Of a DNA stretch of 64,000 nt, positions 22,895 to 34,982 are shown piece after piece. The first letter of the stretch is position 1. Each line of letters opens with the position of its first letter. This DNA comes from Basidiobolus meristosporus CBS 931.73 (lineage: Eukaryota; Fungi; Basidiobolomycota). The position numbers were made by a program, and so were the translations under genes. Under the pieces are notes generated by a model. It saw only the letters and a list, made by a program, of their open reading frames with translations. It did no database searches and was not told the origin of the DNA. The stretch spans positions 62,001 through 126,000 of the forward strand of contig MCFE01000106.1 of NCBI GenBank assembly GCA_002104905.1, in the 5' to 3' direction.

Positions 22895-25800
22895 AACCAC
22901 TGTAATAGTTGTAACACAGCAACTTAGTGGATTGCATGGGTTAACTGGCCAGTGTATTTAATCTGCTCACATATCTTCTCCAGAATGGTTCCTTCTTGAA
23001 AATGAGGTTCAAGATGTTTGAAATTTCTTGGAGGAGTCCTTCAATTAGGAGCTCACTTCTAGGGCCCTTGCAGCTTGTACCAGGTCTGTGTATACCTCAA
23101 CAACTGTGATACCCATTGATGGCAAGTATGCAACAAAACAGGAGCGCTCTCAAGGCCTCATGAGGGTGCCACATTTGATTCCTTGTGTCTTCTGTCTGAC
23201 TATGTCTAGTATGGATATAGAAATCAGTACAATGTCCTTCTCCTTGATGATCAAGGAATCTCCTCTCAGGTGGTACATGGTCTTCTCAGGTAGTATCTCC
23301 ATATTTTGTATTGGTGTGGGTAACTTGTCTTGTCCCTTTGTGATTGTGGCTTGTATCAACGTGACTGCTCCACCAAACAACTCTTCATAGGTGGCTCTTG
23401 CCACATGTAACACTTGTACCATATCACTCAACACTTGCATGTTAGTCTTGTTTTTAATATCATCCTGATTCTTGCTGGTGGGAGGGGTATCACCAGTTTT
23501 GGGTGAACTGTTTCCTTTGATGCTTTCCATATGCATTCTTTTGTTCTCCCTTTTGGGAAAACTTCCTTGTGCATATCATTTGTACCTATGTTAACTAAAA
23601 TCTCCTTTAATAAATTTTGTATGTATCCTGTGTCTTCCTCCATCCTTGTCCTGATAAGTATTTAGTCACACTTTGGTTCCAGTGGTGACTGGTGGATCAT
23701 CATGAAATGGTTTCAGATAGGCTGGTGCTATGTTGCTGATTGTCTTATTGCTCAGGGTGTTGGTGTACTTTGTTCCATGGTCCAAACTAACAGCAGTGCA
23801 AGGGCCAATCCATTGGGGTGTAAATTGAGGGCAAAACTTGAGGCCTGCAATGGTTTGGTTGTACCACACCTTATTGCCTGGTTTCCACTTTTGTCCCATT
23901 AGTTTCTCATTTTTGGGTAAAGGGGGAAGGTGCTTGGTAACACTTTTGAATACTTATATGTATAGGTGGGTGATATGGTGTATCAACCTTTTGACATAGT
24001 CATTATGTGTTGTCAAGGGGACACCTTCCATTGTCAATGCAGCTTCTACACACAACTTGGGCCTTTGTCCATACAGAACTTTGCACAGGGAGAAACCTGT
24101 TGCTTTATTTGGTATTGTATGCCTTGCTAGGAGTGTCAGTGGGAGCAGCTTGGCCCATGACTGGGGAAGTTCCCAGTGAAGCTTCTCTAGTATGCGGCAA
24201 CATGTCTGGTTCATCCTCTTGGATAATCCATTGGTCTAGGGGTGATAGACAGCCGTGAAGACCTGTTTCATATCCCATCATTTTGCATAAATGGGCAATG
24301 GTGTTGTTCAGGAAGGAACCACCATTGTTGGACAGCAGTGTTTGAGGATATTTGTGCCAGCAGATGAGGTGTTCTAGGATGACTTGCAAGGTTGTCTTCT
24401 GAACTTTATTTCAAATGGCTTGGGCTTTTACCCACTTTGAGAAATAATTGGTAGCAATTATTATGTATCATTCCCCTTTCTTCATTTTCATAAAGGGGCC
24501 AACAAAGTCAATCCCTACCCAGTGGAAGGGTAGGTCAACTGGTGCTGGTGAGGTTGTCCCTATCTTCTGACTCCAGTTAAATCTTTTGCAGGTGGAGTAT
24601 CTTTGTAACATATTTGCGATGTTGGTCATCATTTCTTTCCAATAAAATGTCTTTCTTAACATCTTATATGTCATTAGTGGGTTATCATGTCCTAATAACA
24701 TGTATCTTTCTTGTATGATTTCTTCACAGGCAGTTACCAGGGGTACTTCAACTCTCAACTGTCCTTGGAGGAACCAAAATTGGTGTTCTTGTACTTTGTA
24801 CTGGCACTATTTCCTTTGAAAGTCTCTCTTCTGCTTGTTTGTAACAACATGTTTGGAGTACTTTCTCTTTCTTTTAAAGCAGATTACATCGTTGTAGTCA
24901 TTGCTGACGTGTACTTAGCAAACTGGATAGCAACTGAGGAGGTATACATCCTGGTGTTTCTTACCAGCGCAATGAATTATTTTGAAGTTGTAATCTTGTA
25001 GCTGGAGGGCCCAATGTTCTAGTCAACCAGTAAGATCTTTAGTTTTCATCAGCCAGACCAGTGCGCTGTGGTCTGTTACTATTGTGAATTGGCAACCATA
25101 TATGTATGAATGGAATTGTTTAATCGAATAAACAACAGTCAGATATTCTATCTAAGAAGCAGGGTAGTGACATTTGTGTTTGTTTAACAAACAACTCATG
25201 TAACCAATTGGGTGGAACTTGCCAGGTTGGTGGTATTGTCCCAGTACAGCACCTATATCAGTGAGACTTTGATCACAATTAATAAAAATCTTGCATCCCA
25301 ATTGGGAAAACGTAATACTGGCAGTAATGTCAGGGAATGTTTCAGCTGATTGAATGCTATCTTTTGGGGCTCAGAACACACAAAACACTAGCCCTTTTGC
25401 GTTAATTTGTACAGTGGGGGCTGCTACTGTCACAAAGTTTTTGAAAAAGCAGCAATATTAGCCAGCTAATCCTGGGAATCCCAACACTGCATTGATATCC
25501 TTTGGTGTGGGTATATCTTGAACAGCATTTAGGAGTGAAGTAGATGGGTATATCCCATCTACCAAGATCTCATGGCCCAGGGACAACAGTTTTGTATACT
25601 AGAAATGGCACTTCTTGAGATGTAGTTTGAGTTGGTTCTTGAGGAGGGCTGTTGGGATACATTGCACGTTGTGTATATGTTCTTCTATATTGGGGGGAAT
25701 ACATTGTGATGTTGTCCAGATATACAAGAGTGCATTCCCATTGTAAACTTCCTAGCACATTGTCAATCATTCTTTGGAATGTAGTGGGAGCATTGCACAA

Positions 25801-28560
25801 GCCAAAAGGTAGTTGGTTCCATTTGTATAATCTAAACAATGTTATAAAAGCAGCTTTGGGACAATCTTCTGGAGCTACTTCTACTTGTCAATACCCAGAG
25901 ATTGGGTTGAGAGAGCTAAAATATTTAGCTCCAATTAATCTGTCAAAGAGGCTGTCTATTTGCCATAGTGGATACATGTCCTTCCGGGTGATGGCATTCA
26001 ATTTTTGGTAGTTAATGTAAAGCGTGACTTTCAGTCTTTCTTTGGGACTATCACTACAGAGGGGGCCTACAGAGAATGGCTCTCTGTAATGATATTGTCT
26101 TTTAATAAAGTTTCAATTGTCTGTTTGATATAGCCCATGTTGATTTTCAAGTTCCTTTAGGCTTTTTGCTTGATAGGGTATTTTTTGGCAAGGTGATTTG
26201 GTGAAATACCCCAGGTATATGACCAATTACTTGGTTCTTAGAGAATACTTGTGCAAGTGGGTGTATTCCTTCTGGGAACTTGTCTTGTAATGTAGGCAGT
26301 AGACTGGGGTCCATATCTAGCTTGAGGAATTCCTCTTCTGGTTCCTTGTTTGAAGGTGGTCCTTGGTTATTTCCATCAACTTCCTCTAGGTTTAACAATG
26401 GCACTCCTCTAGGTAATGTCACCATGTGTTGCCTGTTGTTTACCACTAAGCACTTCAGACTTTTCATTTCAAATTTTGGTGGTATCCTTACTTTAGGGAT
26501 CAAAATTCCTTCCAGTTACCTGGATACCTTTGTTGCAGTTATCTTTCTTGCACTTGTCAAATAAACTATTGGTGTCTCTAATAAGATCACTGTCTCACTG
26601 GTGGGTGGTATTTTCATCACCTTTTGAGTGATGAAAGGAGACTGCATCAGTTTCACCTCTTTGATTGTCAAACTGTTGCTACGTACCTTGCTCTCATTGG
26701 TGATATTAATCAGTGGGATACTCTTGGTATCCCACCAAGGTTCAGATGCCCTGTAGAGTATGCCCATCTTATGTTGGATAAACCAACTCTTGCCAATGAG
26801 TAAGTTGTTAGCTGCAATTGGTTGGACCACAACATCTTGGTGTATAATCATGTTACCTAGCCGGATAGGGCAATATGGCACCACTCCTACTGTTGTGTCC
26901 AGTTGGTCATTTGCTAGCTGTACCCAAATGGTGTTGTTGGGGACTATATATAACTTTAGATGTTTTGCTAATGACTCTGACATGATCAATGTAGAGGATC
27001 CTATATTGATTAGGGCAAGAATATTCTTATTCTCTATATGTACCTTTGCATATGTACCCTTATTTGCTTTTTGTAGGACTGTCTAGTTGACATGAAGGGT
27101 TGTTATCTCCTTCAATCCCTCTATCAGTTCCTTGACTAAAGCCAGGGCAAGTCCCAGTAAAATGGTTATTGCAAGGATTGCCTTGGTTTGCTCTAGTACC
27201 ATCATTATAGGGAATAGGCCATGGCAAGATGTACTAGTGTTCTTTGTTTACTTCAACACTTCTTCCCAAGGCTCATTCCATACTTCTTCACCTAATTCCA
27301 CAACCTTTCCTTTTGACAGAACCTCTGCTACAGGTTCCTTTGCCTCCTCTATAGAAGCATCATGTCAATGCTTCTTCTTCTGCCCTTTGACTGTTCTGAC
27401 CAGAGGGCTTCAATTGACTGAGCCCTGTTGGTCTCCTGGCAAGGAACTCTGTCTTTTGATGCCTTCTTTTTTTTTGTGTCCATACCATTGTTCACATCAG
27501 TGGACTTGGTGGCCTACTTCTCCACATACATAACACAGGTACTGTTGTTGTGGTTGTTCTACCTGTTGGGTCAAAGCTTGCACCTGGGCCTTTAGATCTG
27601 CAATAGCTTCCAAGAGTTTATCACCTTCTTTGGGGACTTCTTGGACATTGTTTATCAAGAGTTCTTGGGCCTTTTGCCTTAATTCCCCTAACTCACAGTC
27701 TTTTGGGGATGTAATTTTTCCTTTCTTATGGTGGATCCCTGTCCTTTGATCACTCATACTGCTATAGGGTATCCCCCATAGCAAGATGACCCCTTGTACT
27801 TGTTTGACCAACTCTTGCAACATTTTATATCCCTGTTGTTCTTGAGATGCCCTACGTCTTACTTTGTTGTCTAAGCCCATTATATATACCTCATGAGCTG
27901 TTGTTTGGCAATTTTGTCCTTTGGGAGACACCAAGCTTGTTGGAGAAACAGTTCAGTGTAAGATTCATAGCACTCACTGCTGTTCTTCTGTGAGGACAGT
28001 AGAAGGACTATGTAGTAGTATCCCTTAGCATATAGCAAGTGTATCTTGTAGGCTTCTTCTAGTGGATCCCAGTGGTCTTTAACTGCATCTTCTAACTCAT
28101 AATGCCATTGCCATGCTGACCCTTCCATATGTCTTGCAAACTCCCTTACTTTCTTATTGTCATCCCATCCTGCCTCAACTGCAACTCTCTCAAACTTATC
28201 AAACCACTCAAGGGTTTTCTCTTGCTTTCCCTTGTACATTTTAGTTTGATTGTAATAGTCATTACCCTACTTGTGCTTATTTCCACAGAGACAGCACCAA
28301 ATATGTGAGTTACTACTGACTATACTTGGTTAGTGGGAGAACCTGTAGGTTAAGTCAGTACCACTTGGTTCAGAATAGCTTCCAACAGAAGGTAACAAGG
28401 TAATAAAGACTTGTGTTTATTCCATCCAAATCTTGTTGTTATCTCACTTGGTTCAATCAGATATACATATCACTTGGAGGGGCTTAGACAATAGATAATG
28501 TGTTATAGAATAGGGGTGTGAACACCATCCTGTTATGGTAAGCGTTCTAACTAGATAAGG
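22895..28560 (-). mobile_element. Degenerate Ty3/gypsy (family C): gag, protease, RT, RNase H, integrase and an extra 3' ORF
   Basis: gag WFDKFERVA...GSAWQWH and CYVCGEVGH; protease ALI(N)IGSS; RT QLPFGLCNAPTTFQRMID..VYLDNI; integrase WVGIDFVGP, LLSNNGGSF and WIGP. A PBS-like TGGTGCTGTC lies at about 28290-28299. No paired 3' LTR was found. Confidence 0.85.
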
Positions 28561-28720
28561 GCACAAAAAGGAGGCAGGATGCATGGGGGGATCATACGGA
28601 GGATACTGGGGGACTTTGGGTAGGACTCTGGGGAGGACTCTTGGGCAAAGAGTGGGAGCTACATTTAGTACTCACATATGTAACACTAATTCCACTTTGG
28701 TTGGACTCATTTCCACTTAT

Positions 28721-30392
28721 ATGCCACCAAAACATAAAGCAAAGTTGTCTGGTTTCCAACCAAACCCTACCGCTGATAGCAGCAGAAGAAAGGTTGGACA
28801 ACAGCTTGCTTTGACATTCAGTGAAATAAGTGGGGCTACAACCAAAAAAGGCTATGTAGACAGTGTGCCTACTGAAGGTGTAATGTGGACTCCTCAGGCT
28901 CTCAGTCAAGTAGGCAATTGAAAACCTCTGTGGAGCCACAAGCTGACTGTTATGCTCAGGCCAATGAGAATGTAGCAAACACAGTACCCTCAGTTGAAGG
29001 TCAGCAATTGGCCATGATAACATCACCACCACCTATATTAGCAAGTATGTGGTCAGCTTCTACCAAAGCAATAATGAAGCAACTAGGTGCAGTGGCTGAT
29101 GGGATAGATGCAATAGCCCAGAGGAATTACAAAATAGTCCAGTAACAGGATGAGCATGTAATACATGTAGAGCAATCAATATCCCAGGTAGAGAAGGCAG
29201 TATCTTTGCTGTAAATAAGGAACTCAAGTAGCTTAATGCCGCAGCCTAGAATTGAGCCATTTCCTAATGTAACAGTAGAGGAGCACTGTACACTCTCTGA
29301 AGCACAACAATAGTGCCCAAAGATAAAGCCCACTGAAAAATCTTTCACAGCATGGGAGTGAGACAATGTGGTGTTTATACCAAATACTAAAAATCAAAAG
29401 ACATTGAAGATCCATGAAGCCATTGAGTGCAATAATGAAGAGTGGGCTAATATTCAATAGGCCATCAGAAGTCTAGCGCACCTTCACCTTAAGGCCAGCA
29501 GACCATGTGACCATCAGGAACTCAAGGCCAAGCAGAATGCACCTGAATTGCTACATGAGCATAATCCTGGATTCAAACAGGCAAACAGATTTTGGGCCAG
29601 CATAAGTATGCTAAGAAAGTATCCAAAGTATAGCAGAAACTATTAAAGGCAGAAGAACAAGGGTGCAATGGCTAAAAACCAGCAGCTCCCTCAAGAGCTT
29701 GTTACAAGCATGGCTGAAAGCTCCAAACTAGCATCAAAAAGACATCAGGTAGCTCAAAGAGTGCCAATTAGAGACAAGCAGGCAGACACAGATGCATCAG
29801 CACAGCATTTATCAAGGAAAAAGCATAGTCCCACTAAATAGGCACTCAGTCAGAGAAGCACTGAAGGGCCTGGCAGTGATGAAATCAGCGGCTTTTACAG
29901 GAGCCCATCACAACTACAGTTGAGAGCTTGAAACAAGTGCAAAAGAAACATCAGGTTGCCAGAAGAGTTCCAGCTTGGGACAAGCAGGCCAAAACAGATG
30001 CATCAGAGCAGTATTTATCAAGGAGAAAATGTAGTTCATTACAAAAAGCACTCAGACAAAGTAGCAGTAAAAGACCTGGCAGTGATAAAGGAAAAGTCTA
30101 AGGGAAAAATGTCTACCCAAGCCTGAATCAGGGAAGCATGCAAAAAAAACTGCAGTTCTTGTCAAATAATGCTGCAAGCTCAGGACAGACTGAATCCTAT
30201 CATACCCAAGAAGAATTACCAACAGGAAAACAGCTGTTTTCACAAGAGCTGTAGGCACAGCCAGTTGAGCTACACTACCGTAAGGTAGATGAGTTTGCGG
30301 AAAAAGGCAATTTGTCTGCCAGAGCCTCCACATCCTCCATTGTTGGCAGAGTAGAGATTCCACCAATAGACAAGGCTACAACATCCCTATGA
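28721..30392 (+). pseudogene. CACTA-associated ORF2, copy A
   Basis: Starts MPPKHKAKLSG. It has a coiled-coil segment, a conserved helical domain and an internal 207-nt duplication, with several stops and frameshifts. Confidence 0.72.
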
Positions 30393-30860
30393 AAAATAAT
30401 TTGGTCCCACAGGAGGATCCAATCCAGATCAGCCCTCAAGATCCTGTTTAGAGACTGTCATAACACCAGCAGCTTGGAATTGGTGACCCTCCTAACAATC
30501 TTATGATGGGATCATGATGGTGTTTTGCTAATTTTACAACCAAATCAAGGGATAAAACTTGACAATATTTTATTGGTGCTGTGACAATATTTGCATGGTA
30601 TTGTTGTGGTCTTTCAGCGCTCTATAACTATTTTAACTGGATCCAGTAGGCTAGGACATCCAATTGCCTTATATGGCAAGAAACTTGAAGGTATTTTGAC
30701 AGCCTCACAGCAAGACTCTGATTGCATTACATTGGCAGTATGACAGCCTACCACTAGTTTGGTATAATGCTACCATACCAATTTACCAGATGGTATTTCC
30801 TTTTTCTACCTCCCCTTGTGCAACTCATATATTCCTCTGTAGAATCACCCCTCTTTGTTT
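30393..30860 (+). repeat. Unclassified dispersed repeat, possibly a LINE 3' remnant
   Basis: The first 55 bp or so match 18614-18670 (AAAAATAATTTGGT.CCACAGG.GGATC..ATCCAGATCAGCC). The class is a guess. Confidence 0.3.
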
Positions 30861-30879
30861 GCTTACCCACTACTACCTT

Positions 30880-31090
30880 GGGTATTCCACATATAGTTTG
30901 AATCAAAAACAACTATGGCCTCCTGCTTACTAACCTCTACAAAAGTGCACACCTGCCATAATGGACATACTTCTATCACCTCAACTTTATGGCTTTTTAG
31001 TGTGATACTTGCAAAGTTGCCATATACCTTGTACTGCTGGTAACATATACATCTTGCAAACATATGCTTGGTTGTTGGCACTTATGCAGG
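30880..31090 (-). mobile_element. CACTA tnp2 3'-terminal fragment
   Basis: CICYQQYKVYGNFASITL.SH.V; homologous to 19148-19310. Confidence 0.5.
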
Positions 31091-31388
31091 GTGTTTATTT
31101 ATAGGTGTTCTGTCTTAAATGTGAGACAACCTTGATATTGCGTATATCAGAAATTTAGTGATCACTGATTTGCAAAGGCTTGATGCGGATTGCAAAAAAA
31201 AGCGTTGTTTGGATCATTACAAATAATAGCAATTCAATGTAATTGCATCATCTTCTCCTAGTTTTTTTTCTCACAGGGATTACTACTGAAGCATTCGGTA
31301 GTGATTCACTTTGCACACCTAAACTACTTTCCTGTTGACTATCCTCTTGGCTACTTGTGTATTTGTAATCAGTATTTTGCCTCCTAGT

Positions 31389-32480
31389 TCATGAGTGCAA
31401 TGCTGCAGCTTGGCTGTGCTGAATTGCTCTGGATGATGCAACTGAGCCAGCCTGCAGTGCTATGCACTGACGTGTTCTTTTACTTGCCAAAGGCTCTGGT
31501 GGTGGAGGCACTTCATGTGAGTCATCATCAGTCAGTTCACCAGAAGAAACTTGCTGATGGTCAGGTGTAATGGCATGTGTAGATGTGACTTGACATGCTG
31601 GCATGGCCCTTGGCTGAGTTTGATGTGATGCCGCTTGTTGACCAACTTGGCCCGCTCCAATGGACTCATGTCTTTTTGAGCAATTTGGCAGGTTCTGGTG
31701 GTCTTGCTCTGAAGTGCGCACATTGACCCAATACATGCTGACTCAATGTGGGGTGCTCTTGTGAAGGGTGTTGGCATAGTTTGGACTGATGTGCACCGGC
31801 ATGCTGAAGTTGCAGGGGATGATAAGGAGTCCAGCAAGGTGTGCTGGTGCAATCTAGACAATGTTACTTGTGGTCTGCATTCTTCCTCTTGGAGATCACC
31901 TTTTGATTTCTCAAGGTATTGACTTACCCTCTGTCTGTTACTTTGGAACTGTTGCCTGGATGAGTCCTGTGTATATTGCTCTTGGAAGCCACTTAGCTCT
32001 ACTAATATATCATGTAATACATTAGTCATTTGAGGCAAAAACTCATTCAAAATCTCTTTGGTTCCCAAAGTCAAGGCACAAACAGACGTGTCTGGCCCAT
32101 ACTAGGCAAACTGCACGCAAAATTGTTCCTGCACAGCTTTCTCAACAACTCCACTCACTCTCAGCTCATTCTTGCTTTGAATACTTGCTTGTTATATATC
32201 TTCTTACATACATCTGCTAGCATCTTGAGGTAGAACTCATGCCACAGCTTTCTACTCAGATTCTTCCATCTCTGTTGGCTCTCCAAGGTATCTAGTTCTG
32301 CTGGATTAATGAGTAGTGCCCACACATCTGTATGAAGGCTCATCATAGACACTTGGGCCATACTGAAATCATTTGGCAAGAACTCAAACAGACCCAACAT
32401 TTACTTTTCCAGTCCGGACTGCACTTGTGAGCTGGGGGATGGGCTTTGTCTGGGTTGTACTAAAGATGAGTTGAGACTTG
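31389..32480 (-). pseudogene. Degenerate ORF of unknown function (helical N-terminus, S/T/Q-rich C-terminus), probably transposon-borne
   Basis: ORF pieces 32161-32400, 31532-32074 and 31389-31736 join through frameshifts and stops. The region is CpG-depleted and divergent from the DDE transposase. Confidence 0.4.
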
Positions 32481-32665
32481 GTATAGGGACTATAGTGATG
32501 GATTTGGATACTTATACAGTAGTGTATTGGCATCAACCTGGTCTTGTATGAAATATATATGACAACTAATGTGATTGTTGAGATTTCCATATATTATGCA
32601 TAATGCATCTTGGATTGCATTGACACGGATCAGATCACATCAATTGCAGATTTCTTATTTGATTA

Positions 32666-33909
32666 CAGACTTGTTGGTAAAACATCCATAAAAATACCCA
32701 GCCATTGTTTGAGGATGATTTTTGCAACATAATAATGGGATGCATGGCAACTGATGGAGATTTAATCATAATGCATGGAAAATCAGATAAATAAAGCTGA
32801 TTGCACCAAATCAATTCAAATCATCTCAGCCCAATCCTTACCAATTCTAATATGACTTATTCATCTGAATGGTCTTTTCTCCTCAATCTCATCACTACCA
32901 CTGGATTTCCTCTTGACACACTAGAGGAGATCTATACCAAGTACTGTGGTCCATATACCCCAATCTACTCAGGGAGATCCCTTTTTAAGCTTCTCTGCTA
33001 TTACAAGAACTATTGCCCTACATGGTTTCATCCCACCATCCATAGCAACAAAAGTCCTAGAGGCTTTCATTCCCAGCTGGCAGCAATGGAGAACCACCTT
33101 GCAGAGGGTATGAATGACTTAGAGCAAGCTTGGAGTACTAGGTTCAGAAGCTCCAATAGACTTCCATATCCCACAGTGTTCAGCAACAGGTTCCATACAA
33201 GGAATATTTTGGATACCTTCCCAGTCAGGATTAACAGACCTTCTAGAGGGCAGAGGCACTTCTATTCTGGCAAGTACAAGGCACACTATGTGAATTCTCA
33301 AGCACTGTCTGACATTGAGGGTAACATCATCTGGCTTAGTGGGCCATTTGCTGGAAGTAGGCATGACAAAGTGCTCTGGGTAGAGAATCATCCAGAATTC
33401 AGTAGAGGGGAGAAATGTATGGCAGACGTAGCTTATATAGGAGAGGATTTTGGAGATTAGAATATATTACAGCTTATAGGAAGCCAAGGAATGGTGTGCT
33501 TAGCAAGAAGCAGAAGCTCTACAATGAGATACTTAATCATTTCAGAGTGAGGGTAGAGCATACATTTGGATATCTGAAGAGATTCAGCATATTGGCAGGC
33601 AAATATAGCAGAAAGTCATATATAGGAGAAACCAGCACAATAGGTAAAATAGGTAAGATACTTATCAATGCACAGTATATTCACACAAGAAGACATCCAC
33701 TGAGAGAAATATGTCTGGAGCATTATGAAGAGTAAATAAAGGAAGGAAAGCACTACTCTGAGCAACATAAGTAAGATTGAGTAAAATTACCAGTAACTAT
33801 ATCCTACCACTGGCATTACGGTAGAAATTATAGTGCCAGATAGTATCAGATTGATCCGGCACTATAAACAGGCTGGCACTATGTGGCACTATCCAACAGA
33901 ACAAGTCTA
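32666..33909 (+). mobile_element. Compact IS5/PIF-Harbinger-like DDE transposon (about 1.24 kb); transposase 32801-33735 with a single frameshift
   Basis: Catalytic-type motifs ILDTFPVRINRP, FYSGKYKAH, GSRHD, MADVAYIG and RVRVEHTFGYLKRF.IL. A 1-nt deletion near 33450 relative to copy 1 splits the ORF. Candidate TIRs are (C)AGACTTGTT and AACAAGTCT(A), with TTA/TTG flanks. Confidence 0.8.
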
Positions 33910-33911
33910 TT

Positions 33912-34855
33912 GAGTGCAGTGCTGTATAGCTTTGCAATATTTGTTGGACTGCATCAGCTTTCTCAGATGGGGTATGACCAGAATATATCCGGAGTGTGAG
34001 CAATGTTTTCCCTCAATGGTGGTGGATTCCCAACAATTTGGACATGTTGCAATGGTAGCATTTTTGGATGTGAATGTCATGCAGCTGTTAGCACATGCTG
34101 GAATCAGGAAAGTCTCTGGATCATATGTTGCCAGCGGCATGATGGTTGTCCACTTGCACCATGTACATGGTAAGTTGTATTGCAGTATGATTTTGGCAGG
34201 AAGTAGTAATAAATCCTCAAAGCCCCCATCACTGATATTAGTGGAAACTTGCCACTTCTCTAGCAACAACATCACATCATTCACCAGTAAATGGATTACT
34301 GGGCTCACTTGGCTCCATAAAGTATCCTTGGCATTTGTTTCAACAGGTGTTGTCTCATTGAATATAGGAATTTGACCGGGCTCATATGTGGTACTGTTGT
34401 TAGGGGAGATAGGCTCAAGATCCATCACTGAACCTTCTTTGTCAGAGCTATCACTCTGCATGCCATATTCAGAAGGCTGAGGTGAGCCTAAAGGTATAAC
34501 ATACTCACCTGACTCAGTTTGTGCAAGGTGACAAAGACAACCAGATGCTGATAAAGAAGTATCAACTGGCCAGCAAGATAATGTTGGTACTGTAGTGACG
34601 GATGAATGGTCAAGTAAGACTTGGGTGGCAAAAACTGGTCATGATCCTTGTAACACTTCTAATGATGTCTGCATGTGTGATGACTGAGAGGCTTGCCACA
34701 ATAGCCACATGGTCTTTTTTCTCTTCTCTTACAGCGTAGAGTCAAAGTAGTCTTGCCCATGGGGCAAAAAGCTTGACCTTCAACAATGTAATGCTATTAT
34801 ATCACTTTTTGGTCAATATTCATGTGAACTTGAAACAGTCTTGTATTTGAGACAT
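33912..34855 (-). mobile_element. CACTA tnp2 5' part
   Basis: RPCGYCGKPLSH, an acidic linker and PACANSC...CPNC. It is an uninterrupted homologue of 14317-16340. Confidence 0.75.
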
Positions 34856-34982
34856 TGCACCTACATGAATATAAGATTCAGTGATGACCAGCCATAGTAA
34901 GCATTATAAATAAAGTTGTGGCACCACATACACTCGTATATGTAACACTATTTCCTCTTTGGTTTCACTCACTTTCATATAT
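34856..34982. promoter_or_regulatory. Putative bidirectional promoter spacer between tnp2 and ORF2 (127 bp)
   Basis: Same length and sequence as 14190-14316; contains TATAAATAAAG. Confidence 0.45.

Noticed and set aside
28304-28560. Firm 5' LTR for gypsy family C
   Set aside because: A PBS-like motif and a TG boundary are present, but there is no second copy in the window to define it.
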